This document shows, in pieces, positions 1 through 13,250 of a stretch of DNA of 64,000 nt. The translations under genes and the position numbers were made by a program. The notes below the pieces were generated by a model that worked only from the letters and a program-made list of their open reading frames with translations, was not told where the DNA came from and did no database searches. The DNA is from Gnetum montanum (lineage: Eukaryota; Plantae; Gnetophyta): NCBI GenBank assembly GCA_015680685.1, contig MNCI01003186.1, positions 1,019,570-1,083,569 on the forward strand, given 5' to 3'. Position 1 is the first letter of the stretch, and every line of letters starts with the position of its first letter.

Positions 1-11
1 GATGTGTGGGG

Positions 12-159
12 TGTTGGAACCCAAAATAAGTGATACATAGGTACACCACAAAATAAAAAGTTGAATATAAACTTTATATAACTCAAACATGATCCACTGG
101 ATTCAAATCTATAACCTAGAAATTTCAAATCAAGTGCCTTACCACTAAGCTAACACCTA
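12..159 (-). mobile_element. tRNA-derived SINE-like repeat
   Basis: Minus strand reads TAGCTTAGTGGTAAGG (A-box-like) ... ATTTGAATCC (B-box-like), then an AT-rich body ending GTTCCAACA. Related copies occur elsewhere in the window. Confidence 0.55.
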
Positions 160-727
160 TTATCAATCTCTTATATAGCAAGATAATAAGTGAGTGGCTT
201 GGATAGTCAAATGTATATAATAGTCAATAGCTCAACAACACTAGTTTCATTGTGGTTAAAGCATTACTATCTATTGGAAATAATTTTATAAAGCTATTGA
301 GGAATGTGTAATTTGTTGGGTAAGGAATGTAACTTGCATTGTACTAGTTATAGATTTCTTATAGGTTATCATCTATGTTTACAACCTTGGCATCTACATG
401 AACTTCAAAATGAGGCCTATTTCACTAACTATGCCTATAGGAAATGCCTTGGTGGTTCGGAAAGGATACAAATAAAAATTATCAAAACCAAAATAAGTTG
501 ACTATCTAAATTTTCTCTAGCATATCTAATGTTTTTTCAATGAAGGTGGAGCAAGAGGAAGGGGTGAACAAATATCACAACCCAAAAGAACTAAAGCTGA
601 AGATATATAACTAACATAAGGTTTTACAAGAATTATAGAAGGATATAAGGATGCCATAAATATAACTTGAACTAGCAACCTCCTACCTTACAAGATAATG
701 AGTTAAACACTTGGGTGTTGAACCCCA

Positions 728-746
728 ATATATATATATATATATA
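728..746. repeat. (TA)n microsatellite; empty site of LTR element D
   Basis: In the paralogous copy this TA run is split by the 53968-62501 element. Confidence 0.9.
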
Positions 747-1431
747 ATAAAACGTTCGAAGAAAAAAGCACCAAAACACCAAATATACAAAAGAAAAAGC
801 CTAACATTTTTGGGGATGTCTTTTCAAGTTTTCATCCTTAATGCCAATCTTGAAAAACCTCCCCTATGAGGTAGGAAATTATACATTCCATGAAAAGATT
901 AACATTAGGTGAAGGGGGAGGAGGCCCCCAACTTGTCAACAAAATCAACATTATCAAAAGATATTGTCTTCAGTTCTTAACCAGTAGTTGCAAATGAATT
1001 ATTAGGAGTTAAAATATTTTGAACATGTTATCCATTTTGAATATTTGACATGCAGTCGCCAATAAATAGAATTTTTCAATGTTTTTTTATTATTATGAAG
1101 AACCATTTGGAAACCATTTGAATCAACAAGAAGTTTCTATGAGACTTTAGGAACAAATATTTGTTTCTCCTTACTCATTAAAGAATTCTTTGTAATTGAT
1201 TTAACTAGAATCTTTCTCAAAGCTACATTTTGTTGAACAATAGTAAAAGAAAAGGGTGGGCCAATTTTTGAAGCATTAGTAAAAGAAATTGTTATCTATA
1301 TCATTTGTAGAAAAAACCTCTGTAGCATCTACAACATTTGTAGAAGAGACTTTAGTAGTGTTTGTAGTAGCTTGGTGTTAACATACTTGCATAGCCTTTT
1401 TTAGAATCAAGAAATTAATTTGGATTCATGT

Positions 1432-1670
1432 TTGGAAGATATACTATAGATGCTATTTTTTTAATATGAAAATTAATGGAGAAATTTAAAAAAAATTAAA
1501 GAAAATCCACATATGCTGTTCATTGACTTAGAAGAATCATATGAAAGAGTACTTAGAGATATTTTTTAATGGACCTTGCAAAGGAAATACATCACTGATA
1601 AATATATTAAAGTGATTTTAGATATGTATGAAGGAGCTACTACTAGAATTAGAACAACTTATGAAATTAC
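1432..1670 (+). mobile_element. RTE-clade LINE reverse-transcriptase fragment (degenerate)
   Basis: Translates to HMLFIDLEESYERV...KYIKVILDMYEGATTRIRT, matching the RTE RT motif FIDLEKAYDRV...YI..I.DMY.G..T.VRT. Confidence 0.8.
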
Positions 1671-1954
1671 ACTCTCTTAACTAAGCAATAAGTGAAAGTG
1701 ATAAAAATGTCACAAATATTAAGTTTAATGCAGAGAAATAAACCTTGCAATCCTATCCTTTTATAAACACTCATACATGTTACTTTTTTATTAGAATCCA
1801 TAGCTTAGCCTAGCCTTCCACCTATGCTTACAACCTACAAGTTTAACTATCCTAGGATAGATTATACTCATATAGACAATATACATATTGACCTACCTAA
1901 TGACTGTATGTGTAGGTCCAAGTAGAATTCTATTTGACAATCATCTAGGAGGTG

Positions 1955-2102
1955 GTGTTGGAACCTAAAAATAATTGTAATATAGGTACACCTTAAGATA
2001 TATAGTCCAAACAGAATTTTATTGCTAAGCATTGCCCACTAGAATCAAACCCATGACTTGGAGCTTTCAAATCAAGAGTCTTACTATTGGGCTAATAGCT
2101 CA
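1955..2102 (-). mobile_element. tRNA-derived SINE-like repeat
   Basis: Diverged copy of the 12-159 element (TAGCCCAATAGTAAG ... GGTTTGATTC ... GTTCCAACA). Confidence 0.5.
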
Positions 2103-5069
2103 TTGTTACTATCACAATTTAAAATGAAGAATAATAATTTTTAAATAACCATCATCAATATAATTGATTACACATGGTATAACTAGCTATATATAAAATG
2201 CATACTTTTATGTCTACCATGTGAAATGAACAATAGAAAAAATAAACTCTATTATAATGTAAAAAAGGATACCAAAGAAAAGAAATTAAAGAAAAAATAA
2301 AGTAAACATACTAATAAGAAACCTCAACATTTCAATATATTAACCTTTTGAGCTTAAAATTTAAATATATTATAGGAGGGAATTTAGTATTGAATATCAA
2401 TGGCCTCAAGCATTAGCCTTAGGGAAGTCTAGTTGGGCACAATGTATGTCTTAATTTAAGAGATTTTTGTATGCCTATGAGTGCCATCACTAGTCACAAG
2501 TTCAAAATGGTATTTGTAGCTATGCTCTAACTCTTGAAAATTCATGTATTAAGTTAACTTTGAATTGACCATGCATCATGATGAATCATGAGTCATGATA
2601 TTTCTAAACTTATATCGAAATTAAAAATATTAAAGGGCAACAACCATTGCTAATTAGATTGGGGTTGCAATAACGATGACCAGAATACCGTAACTCAAAG
2701 TTGCCATTATCAATCAATTACAAGTAGTAGTGAAGGTTACATTCCTGAGAACAGAATTCAAGAAAATATTTTTATGCAATTTGCTTTTAACATTTGATTA
2801 AGTTCCCCTAAGACTAGCAAGATGCTACTAAGCTAAACTTCAGTCCTAACAAAGAAAAGAAATCTAAAGCTTAAAACAAACAAACGTTGCATATAGTAAA
2901 ATCCTACACTCGAAAATAACTACTATCCATCTATTTAGTCTTTTCACTTCAATCAAATCTAAAGTTCTACTAAAAATCGACAAGAATATCATAACATTAA
3001 AGTTAATAAAATATTTTTTGCTACAATTTTGATTGTTCTTACTTTCATAACTTAATATTCTAATATATTAGCTTAATGGTAAGAGCTTTGGTATCAACAC
3101 CCTAAGTCATATGTTCAATTCCAATGCATAATGTTAACTGATGGAGTAAAAAAAAATTTATAAAATGAAATTTGCTCTTTTTGATATATTCAAAAGGGGG
3201 TCTTTGTGGACTTAAGTAAAAATTTTGTAGTTTCACTATATATTTTGCTAGGAGCTAGTTAATGGAATAGCAAGTATATTTAACTTTTGATTAGGTTAGT
3301 GGTAAAAGTCTTGGGTTCGTAAAAGTTTCCATTAAGCAAGATCTTAGGAGGGTCAATAGATGAGTAAAAGCCTAACCTCTTCAAGTGGTTGGGGCTAGGA
3401 TCAAACCCAAGTATTTGACTTGAGAAATGTGCACCTTAGCATCACTCCAAATGATGATCCCTATTATACAACACTAAATTATAGATTTAAAAAGAAATTC
3501 CATAAGAAGAATCTTAAAAATAAAAATGATCTAAGGGGTTTCAATGGACATTGCATAAAACACATTGAACAAACTTATAGTCACGGGTGTCCAAACCCCC
3601 TTCTATCTCCTATAGCTTTTTAAAAATAGCTTTTTAGAAAGGACCCACCATTGCTTTTTATAAAATGAAAGGTCTAAAGCTTAATTCTAATATTCTAATC
3701 TTATTTTGATTTTCATACTGCTGACCAATGTTATTTTAGTCTTTGATTACTTACCTTCACTTGTCATTCTTTGTCACTTTTCATATTGCAAACCATTGAG
3801 TCAATGGATGAAACATCACATCGTATTCCAATGGAAAGGGGTTTAGAGAGCTCTTACCTAAGTGGCCTAGCATATTTTAATATCATGAGAATTGTACCAA
3901 GTATTAAATATCCATGCCCCTTTGCCCACCTAAGTACATATTATCCAAAAACAATAAAAGGAGGTGATCCACCATCATCTAAATCATTAGGTGCTAAATC
4001 CAAAATGGGGCAAACTTTTCAAAGGATCATTCATGGCTTATGACCAACTTTAGCATTGTCACATGCTCTCATTTTTGAATGATCAACTATATTATAAAGG
4101 TCATGAAATGTAAACAAAAGCAAACTGCCGACGAAGATTTGACCTAAAATCAAGATGAGATGCACCTAATTTTGAGACGCGGCTCTGTAACGCAGATCAC
4201 TTGCAACGGTTACTAAAACTTGATGTTCGTTTTTTTCCATTTCTTAGTTGCCGATGCATTTATATTTCAGTTGTTTATTTTCTGTGTGCTGAGATTACTA
4301 TTTGAAATAGTATTATAATGTTAAACAAATAAGTTTAAATAATTTGTTTTTGTTGCTTGGTCAATTTATATAATCTCTCTTTATTTTTCATGATTTAGTT
4401 TCTTAGATTGTTTGATGATGTTCAAAGAAGATTGATGCTAAATTACAGTTGTACAAGAGCAATTAATAGGAATATTAAAAATGAAAAACATGAAAAAAGT
4501 GATTAAGTATGATTAAACAAACTGTAAATAATAAATACTATTTTGTTAACAAAGTCTAAAATAGTGATAATATTAGAACCCCAAAAGGATGACTATGAGT
4601 ACATCTAAAGACAACTATTACAAAAGAATCTAGCAATAGTTTAAGAACCTGTACTTTGAAAACCTTTTACTTAACAACCTAACACACCTAACAAGAAATA
4701 AAAACCAATTATAAATAATATTAACCTTGGACTATCATTTATGATAGGTCCATTCCAAAAGTTTAACTTCGTTAATCAAAACGATAGAGAAATTACAGCA
4801 TACAAAACTGTTCATTTATGCCAATTAAACCAGCAACTCTCTAGGAATGACACTTTGCCCGCAATTTAACACAAAAATATTCCCCTTGTGCCAACTTTTG
4901 AAATCCCAGGCCCTGCCTACAACCACAATGCATAAACAATTGGATGCGGCAATGCGCAGCAGCCGGCAGAGAAGCCACGACGGTCAAACAAATCCGGTGA
5001 CTTCTTCACACATTGCATCCAGACTTTCACCTCACTTACTCCTCATACCAACAAACAGCCCGCCCACTT

Positions 5070-5077
5070 TATAAATA
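5070..5077 (+). promoter_or_regulatory. TATA box of the Root_cap-like gene
   Basis: TATAAATA about 90 nt upstream of ATG 5162, followed by a CA-rich 5'UTR-like stretch. Confidence 0.6.
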
Positions 5078-5161
5078 AATCTCACTTATCATTTCAATAC
5101 TAAACCGAAAAACACTCACTCACAAAACCATTACACACTCACAAAACCATTGCACACTAAT

Positions 5162-6829
5162 ATGGATTCTTCTTCTTCTTTGTCTGCAATCTCCCAAGCT
5201 GTTCTTCTCCTCTGCTTGATTCTCTTGGCTGGATCAGCAGTGACCGAAGAAAAGAATTTAGCTGTGCCAACTCATTTCACAAAACTATCCAAAAGAGTAG
5301 GAGCAGGAGGCGGAGGAGGAGTAAAAGCAGGAGAATCCACGGTATTCCTAACCACAGGCAAATGTTTTCTGAAGACACTTTACTGTCCAAAGGAATGCCC
5401 TGGCCGGAAACCTGCATATCCCCATGTTATGTGAATTGCATAAAATCCAAGGCGTCGTGTTGGTGCTGGGTGCTGGGCTGCTACCCCTTTGTTGGCGCCA
5501 ATGGCCGACTGTTCTACTTCGTTGGTGCCGATGGCCAACTATTCTACTTTCGCGACTTCACCTGGCTACGTCCTCACTGTCACCACTGCCCACACCCCAC
5601 CTGGGATGAGGACGTGGATCACCTCCAGATCACCTTTGATGGTGTCCCTGTTGCCCTCCCTCCCGGAGGATCCGATGGCCATATGGCAACCTGTACAGGA
5701 GGATCCGATGGCCATATGGCAACCTGCTGTACAGGTTAGTTACCTAACTTCTTTTTCACCATTTCTTTACAAAGAAGAACAGCTAGTTTTTCTTTGTATC
5801 ATTTTTATAGCCATTTCCTTGTATCTTCTTTAAGCATTATTTTAAGGGATTTTTACTACTGTGATGTTTTTCCTGGTAATTTTTTGGAATCATATTCAAT
5901 GGTTCTGATCTTTTTTGTATACTAATTTCTTAGTGTTTTTTTCAACGGTTTTTCCCATATTTTTTTTACTGCAATAGTAATGTTTTTATAGTAATTTTTT
6001 CACGTCATCTTCAATGGTTTTTTCAACTCCAAGAGATTAAGCTTACAGCTCATTGACCAACTGTGCGAGGACCTGGGCTTAGTGGAATGAGCACTGTAGC
6101 TCCGTGTGATGATAATAGGCTTTTTGACAATTTCATTCTAACATTTTCAAAACTTATTTCCAGATTTCCAGTGACGTCTTACCAGAATAGTGATGTTTTT
6201 AGGGCAATTTCTTTGAACCATCGTCAATAGTATGGTTTTTTTATTTAAACAGTGATGTTTTCATGACAATTTTTTCGAATTATCTTGGTTTTATGTTTTT
6301 TTAATTTGGAAAGTGATGTTTTATTACAATTTCTTCCTACCATTTTCAAAAAAATTTCTTTGAATTATCTTGATTTTATGTTTTTTTTAATTAAAAAAAT
6401 GATGTTTTCAGACTGACATATTAAGGAAACAGTGATGTTTTTATGGCAAATTCTTCGGTGCATCCTTAATCATTTTTCCCAAGCTTTTTAAATTCAAAAA
6501 TGAATATTCTTATGACAATTTCCTTTAATCATCTCACTTTTATGTTTTCATTTTTCCAAATTTTAAAAATAATATGTGTGTGGCAATTTCTTGGACGATT
6601 TCCCTGTACGTTTTACCCGAACAGTGCTGCCCATGGTTACTGTGTGCCATGGCTGAACGACTGCTTTAAGCATCTGGATCTACGCTTCAAACTGCTAGCA
6701 GTTACCGACAAGGTCGACGGCCTGCTGGGCCAGACGTACCACAAGGGCTACATCAGCCATGTGAAAGAGGTCGTCCATGACTGCCTTGCCGGCACCATTT
6801 TTAATAATAATAATAATAACAAACAGTAG
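5162..6829 (+). pseudogene. Root cap / LEA-related secreted Cys-rich protein (Root_cap family), frameshifted and internally deleted
   Basis: Signal-peptide-like N-terminus; CFLKTLYCPKECPGRKP and CYVNC; FVGADG.LFYF; RDFTW; WDEDVDHL; last exon HGY...DCFKHLDLRFK...VDGLLGQTY. Frameshift near 5420 and a GT donor at 5735. The exact acceptor is unresolved. Confidence 0.8.
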
Positions 6830-7727
6830 TAATAGCACCAATTATGCGTCCATTCTGCGTCTTCCCCCTTCTAGAGGGGCACAGAGTGGTCTCCTGTGCA
6901 GGCCGTGAATATTTAATCTCGTTTTTTTCTTTTCTGTTTTTATTTCTTGGCCGCGTCTTTGTGTAAAGCGTAACTAAGCAGAAAGGGAGATGTGATTGGT
7001 TTTGTTATTGGTGTCATTTGCTGCGTTCTTCGTGGTCTGTGTTTTGTGGTTCTTGGTTCGCTGAAAAAATCATCTTCCCCTTTTGTGGTTGAAGAATAGC
7101 CTTGGTATTTTACTCTGTGAAATAACACCGATGATGTACTTCTCGTACTGGTCTTACAGCTTATAGTTTATCAATGAAATATTTTGGTTGGATTTTAGAA
7201 TTCTTAAAGGATTAAAAGTGGAATGCTAATTTAACACCTGATTTTGTGCTGGTATCATGTTACCTGTGAAATTGAAATTGAATATTTTATTATGCTATTA
7301 CACTTTTTGGATCTATTGGATTGTCGAAATATATATGCTATGAGTTTTGAAAACATCATTAAGAAAATTACCATGTGTTTTTGGGAACATTTAGAACAAA
7401 TCAATTAAATTTACAACCATGCTATAATATCTCATCTATGTCTAATTTGTGCTCCAATGTAGCATATTGTAAGAAATTAAGGTATTCATTTTCAATGTTG
7501 TTATTCAACTATAACGGTGCATATAGCCAAATAATTTCAGATTTTATTATCCTATCTTACCTTTTGCAAAGATTGTTTCAATTTTTTGGCCGATAGGCCA
7601 TTACCAGTCATAATTCATAATTCGGTAACGCTAATTTTTTGTGCGTAACGCTGACCAACGTTGACTTTCCCATGGCCCATTTTGGTAACCCAACTTTGTG
7701 CACGACACTGACGTGTAACTAAAATAT

Positions 7728-9967
7728 CGATGTAATAGTGCATAATATCGGCCCATGGTAGCATCCAAGGGTTCATGTCGTCCTTGTTTCTAGCCTTGAA
7801 TTTTCTTTCACAAGTTGGACACTCAGGAGTACGTTTGGTACTTATTGTTGAACAACTCGAACATGGTACTCCACCTAGGAAGAGATTCCAGTTGTAAGGA
7901 CTGGTACTAGCTCTCTACTTCCTTAACTAGTGTCTATGAGAAAAAATTAAGTTTTTAGCATTCTCTTTCTATGTTTTGTAAGGAACATGCATCATGAAAT
8001 GCTTATAGATGATTTTGAGGATCAACATTTTATACCCCTTCAAATCATGGGATATTGTTCATGTCTAATCTCTTGATCCTACTATCCTTTTGGTGCCTTA
8101 TTGGGATCCTAAAGACCTCAGTTATGTCTAACATACTTCAAGTAGTGCGTAGGAATTCATCATGATCATCTCGTCTGTGGTGTCTATGATGCCTATGTTG
8201 TTCCCTACTTTCCCTTCTTTCATGGTGTGTTTCTCTAAAGTGTCCTTGTTCCCTTTCTCGACTGTTTTGTCTATGACTCTCGTTTTTCTTACCCTTATCC
8301 TCATGGTCTTTTTCCTTATGACTGTATCTAGATCCTGAAAGAGAGGGTGAAGGAGATGATGAAGGTTAAGAAGAAGGGGGATTGTCACCATATTGGTGCC
8401 TACTTCCTTCTCTTCGGTGGTCACAGCCTTGATCATGCTTATGATCAGAATGTCCATCTTTGTCATGTGATCGGGTTCGTTTTTCAAACCCTGTGTGTTT
8501 GTCAATACCAAAATATGGGTTATGGATAGTTGAGTAAAGGTTCTGATACACAACCCTTTGACTGAAGTCAATATAAGGAACATCATTGTGTGGGTGACTG
8601 CCTGAGGCAGGTTCACAACCCTCATTTTTACTTAGGACATGTGGGACATTTTGTAATAACTTTCCCTTAATGGATTCATGATGTCTCTCCTATTGCACAT
8701 CCCTTGGACATTGTGCCTCTGTGGGTTGATACTCTCTCGAGTCATGATCATTCAATGTACTCTGCCTGTAAGTGCTGCATACCAATTTGTGTGAGATCAT
8801 GAAGAAGCATGAGTGGGAAAAAGCGATTAAGAGGTAACACTATGTTACCTTATAAGTCTCGTCAACGTAGTTGTTCATCTTGGTGGAGGATAAAGGTAAA
8901 GTTTGGTACATATTCATTGGAATGAATATATACCACACGAAACTGTTGAGGGACTGGCAGATTATCATGTGTACTACGCCTTTGATTATTCCCTGTATTA
9001 GAGCTAGGTGATGAAACACTTTCGTACGAAGAAGAAGACATGATTGTCTATTCAGTGTGCAATGTATTATATTTTATTATTTTTCTTTAACCAACCCTAA
9101 GGGTTCGTTCCAATGATGTGAAAGATTTCCTATGTTCTAATTAGTGCACAAACAATAAAATCCCCCGCAACGGTACCAATGATGAGTGGTGAGGTATCCC
9201 TACACTCAACCATATGAATATGAGTGTACACGCACGATCTGGTCGAATTCTAAGGACTAAGTGCTTATGCGCCTTGATGGAACAAGGATGGGTTGGTTAA
9301 TCATTGTCTTCCAAAGCTTACTTTTATGTCACGATTGTATGGTTAAGTAAACTTGAGGCATATGATTTTTATACCTTTTATGTGTTTTTATGTCCTACTG
9401 CTAATTAGGGAGGATAGAGATAACTAAGGAACTAATTTAATTTGACTACTCATTAACTAGGCTCTTATTGATCCTAACACCAGTATCCATTTTCACTTGT
9501 TGTATACATTCTGAACCAGTGCAACACTACTAGGATTACTATACACTAATTTTTACTGGGTTACCAAGTGTAAAACGCATGCTTGAAGTGATCATACTGT
9601 GTGTGCTTACTTAAGAGAGTTGTAGGGCGAGAGAGAATCATTAATTAACTAAGGAAAATATTAAGTAATAGTAATTAACATTAATTAATCTATTCTAAAT
9701 GCTGCAAGGTTTATCACAAAGTTCATCTTTATTTCCGTACACAAGGTGTGCTCAAGTACATAATGCTCAAATAAAGATCCATTTACTTTATAACTCCTAC
9801 TATAGGCACGCAGAAATAATTCCAACTCTGACAGGGAGAAAAGGAACGAGTTAGGGTAAGGGACTAAAATTAACTATGCAAGCCAAGTGTGCTTGCCTCT
9901 TATTTATAGGCAATGAGACAAGACGTGATATCGAGTATCCGACATCGCATGGCAAGCTCCGATATCA
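7728..9967 (-). mobile_element. Athila-like LTR retroelement A (5' LTR + PBS + 5' part of gag; truncated)
   Basis: LTR 9180-~9967 starts TGATGAGTGG as in the other copies; PBS 9161-9178 (TGGTACCGTTGCGGGGGA on -); gag homology to elements B-D down to ~7728. Confidence 0.85.
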
Positions 9968-10009
9968 ATAAACCTTACAGCATTTTTGATAGTTTAGCTA
10001 TTTTATTTA

Positions 10010-10527
10010 TGAATTTAATGTTTTCAATTATTTACTTAATCTTTTTCATTAATTAAGCTAATTAAGCGAGCTAAGTTAGATAGATTAAATACATAATTAT
10101 GATCACTTCAAGCATAACATGTATTCACTTGGTAATTCTAGTAGCATTATTGCTTGGTACACCCAGTAGTGTAGTGCTTGGTAATCTAGTAGTGAATATG
10201 TGGGTTTAAGACATGTATGGAAAGTTAGACCGAATGCTTATGCTACAATTAGATAGAGATTGGTTAGTTAGTTAAATCAAATTAATCATTAAATTACTTT
10301 TTCTCTCTCTTCAAGCTCCAGAGAACATAAAATATAAAATGATAAAAATCATATGCCTCGATTACACTTAACCACACCTTTATACTTCACATGTGTAATT
10401 GGGAAGACAACAAACAACCTTCAGGATACGGCTCACTTCCTAGAAGACTAGTGTATTAAAAACTATAGAGCCCATGGAATTCAACTAGATTACGTGTGAG
10501 CTCTCTATGATTCAGATGGTTGGACAT
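10010..10527 (+). mobile_element. Degenerate LTR fragment of the Athila-like family
   Basis: Contains family motifs (CTTGGTAA..CAGTAG repeats, CTTAACCA, GGAAGACAA, ATGGAATTCAAC); the terminus is missing. Confidence 0.65.
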
Positions 10528-10529
10528 AT

Positions 10530-12208
10530 GGCAGAGCCTAGGTTGGCAAAACAGACCCTCAAGATCAACTATTGCCTAGATAGACCCTTAAGACCATCTA
10601 TTGGCCATACAAACCATTGAGACCAAGGGTTGACCTAACGAACCCTCAAGACCAATTATTCACCAAAGAGACCCTCAACACTAAGTGTTGGCCAAAAAGA
10701 CCCTCAAGACCAACTATAGGCCAAATGGATCCTCAGGACCAAATGTTGTCTAAACTAACCCTCAAGACTAATTGTAGGCAAAATAGACCCTCAAGAACAA
10801 ATGTTTCCCAAATGAATCCTCAGGACCAAAGGTTGACCCAATAGATCATTAGGACCAAGGGTTGCCTAAACAAACCCTTGGTACCAAGTGTTGGGCAAAC
10901 AAACCCTCAGGACCAAGTTTATAAGGGTGCAGGATAGTATGGTGGAGCTTCAGTTGGCAAAATGAACCCTTGAGTCCAACTATTGGAAAAATAGATCCTT
11001 GGGATCAAGGGTTGGCCCAACGAATCCTCCAAACAAAGTGTTAGGTAAATAGACCCTTAGGGTTGAGTTTTGGTCAACTGGACCCTTGGGATCAACTATT
11101 CAGTAAATGTGCCCTTAGCACTCAGGGTTGTTTTGATGGATCCTCAAAACCAAGTGTTGCCCAAATAGATCCTTGGGACTAGCTATAGGCAAAATGGACC
11201 CTTGGGACCAAATGTTTCCCAAATGGATCCTCAAGACCAATGGTTAATCCAATGAACCCTCTAGAAAAAGTGTTGATCACACAAACATTTGGAACCAATT
11301 GTTGATCAAATAAACCCTTGGGACCAAGGGTTGTAACCCAACAAATCCTCTAGACAAACTATTGGCCACATGGACCCTTGGGACCAAGTGTTGGCCCAAT
11401 GGACCCTCAAGATCAACTATTGGCCAAATGGATCCTCAAGGTTGACTTTAGGAAAAATGAACCTTCAGGACCAAGGGTTGGCCCAATAGACCCTTAGGAT
11501 CAACCATAGGAAAAATAGACCCTCAAGACCAACCATGTGCTGGCTCCATGATCCCCTATGATGAAGGTTTGGTCCAATGAACACTCAAGACCAAGTGTTG
11601 GCCAAATGGACCAATGGTTGGCCTCACAGACCCTTAGGACTAACTGTATGCAAAATGGATCCTCGAGATCACCTGTTGGTCAAATGAAACCTTGGGATCA
11701 AATTTATAAGAATGTAGGACAATATGGTGGAGCCCGAGTTCGCAAAATGGACCCTTAGGACCAACTATTAACTAGATAGACCCTCAGGACCAATTGTTGG
11801 CTAGATGAACCCTTGACATGAAGGGTTGATCCAATGGATCCTTAGGAGCAACTATTCACTAAACAGACACTCAAAACCAAGGGATGGCCAAATAGACCCT
11901 CAGGATCCCAAGTGTTCACCAAAGTGACCCTTGGGACCAACTGTAGGAAAAATGGTCCTTGGGAACCAAGTGTTGGCAACATGGATCCCTGGGATTGAGT
12001 ATTGTTGAAATGGATCCTTAGGACCAAGTGTTTGCCAAATAGATCCTCAGGATCAAATGTTGGCAAAATGGATCCTCAAGACCAGGGGTTGATCCAATGA
12101 ACCCATTGCACAAAGGATTGGCCACACAAACCCTTAGGACCAAATGTTGGCAAAAGGGATCCTCAAGAACAACTATAGGCAAAACAGATCCTTGGGATCT
12201 TGGGATCA
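10530..12208 (+). repeat. 29-bp tandem array (~55 diverged units, consensus GACCAAGTGTTGGCCAAATGGACCCTCAG)
   Basis: Successive 29-nt units read directly, e.g. 11382-11410 and 11411-11439. Confidence 0.92.
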
Positions 12209-12511
12209 ATTGTAGAAGTCTATGTCATGGCTAGGTAGTTGATGGTAATGGTAGAACTGATCCAATTTGAAATGTTTGGGTATTGGAGGCTGATTTGGTA
12301 TGGCTACTAATGGATTTTTGAGAAGCTCACAGTAGCGATCATGATGCTTGTGAGAATCTTTAAACATTTTCTTATACTGGACGCACCTAACATTAACCAG
12401 CTGACCCAAGAGCTTTGATGGCTTGATGGAAAAAGGTGTATACTTTAAGCTATTCTTTCCTTCAAAGTTTGGCCTTGGGATAGGTTGCTTCATGGATGCT
12501 GATGGTGCGAA

Positions 12512-13250
12512 CTACTTGGTTTCCATAGTGCTAGAGCTAGATGCCTTGTTGTTGGTTGGGACCTTGGGTGTCTTGGCCATTGGTTTGGCATTGTTTGACT
12601 TGACCTCATTGGTCACCATTGCAATAGTTGTGGATGCCTTACCCTTTTCCTTATTCTTCTTTGCATGCACAGTTTTGTTAACCACATAGGTTAGGGCTGT
12701 ACTAGCCTTTGCCACATCCTGAATGCTCTTCATTTAGGCAAATGCTTGGATTAGGGAGTGCTAGGAAAGGTAGTACAACTTTGACTTGATGAATTCATTC
12801 ACTACATCTTTGAAGATGGTTAATAGGTGGGTTTTCACAATGGGCTCACGAATTTCATTAAGTGCAATGCCTGAACACTAGATGAATTTTTGCACAAGCT
12901 CTAAGTGGCCTTGCTTGATTTGCATTAGTTGATCCATGGTCATCTTGGGCTTCAAGCTGTACTTGATGTGAGTAATGATTTGACTAAGCAATTCCTCCAA
13001 GGAAGATATGGAGGCCCTAGGGAGTATGTCATACTAGTCTAGCGTCTTATCGATTAGGGACATGGCAAACTCATGGATGATTGCATGCGATCTTGCCTAT
13101 AATAGAAGGAATTTAGAATAGAAGGTCACTAGACAGGTGTTAGGATCTCCTTGACCATTATATTTAGTGAACTAGGAAAGTTGGACTCCAGGAGTTAGGG
13201 TCAGTGACGTCATCATAGGACTGATTCGGTCATCTTGGTAAAAGTCCATC
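12512..13250 (-). pseudogene. gag: Retrotransposon Gag (Tat/Ogre-type), with stops
   Basis: Minus-strand translation FTKYNGQGDP..CL..F...FAMSL...L.*YDILP..SISS..EL...KQG, a Retrotrans_gag pattern. Confidence 0.8.

Larger units (their letters stand above)
1..2214 (+). repeat. Segmental/tandem duplication, copy 1 (matches 53223-53967 + 62502-64000)
   Basis: Direct match at offset 53222 (e.g. ORFs 304-501 and 53526-53723 are near-identical). About 4-7% mismatches in two 300-bp blocks compared by eye. Confidence 0.97.

Noticed and set aside
304-501. Conserved 65-aa ORF present twice (also 53526-53723)
   Set aside because: Similarity is explained by the DNA duplication; the few changes are nonsynonymous and no motif is recognisable.
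3069-3125. tRNA gene
   Set aside because: A/B-box-like words are present but there is no convincing cloverleaf; at most a decayed SINE head.
10530-12208. CRISPR-like array
   Set aside because: Units are contiguous diverged 29-mers without unique spacers; no cas genes; eukaryotic context.
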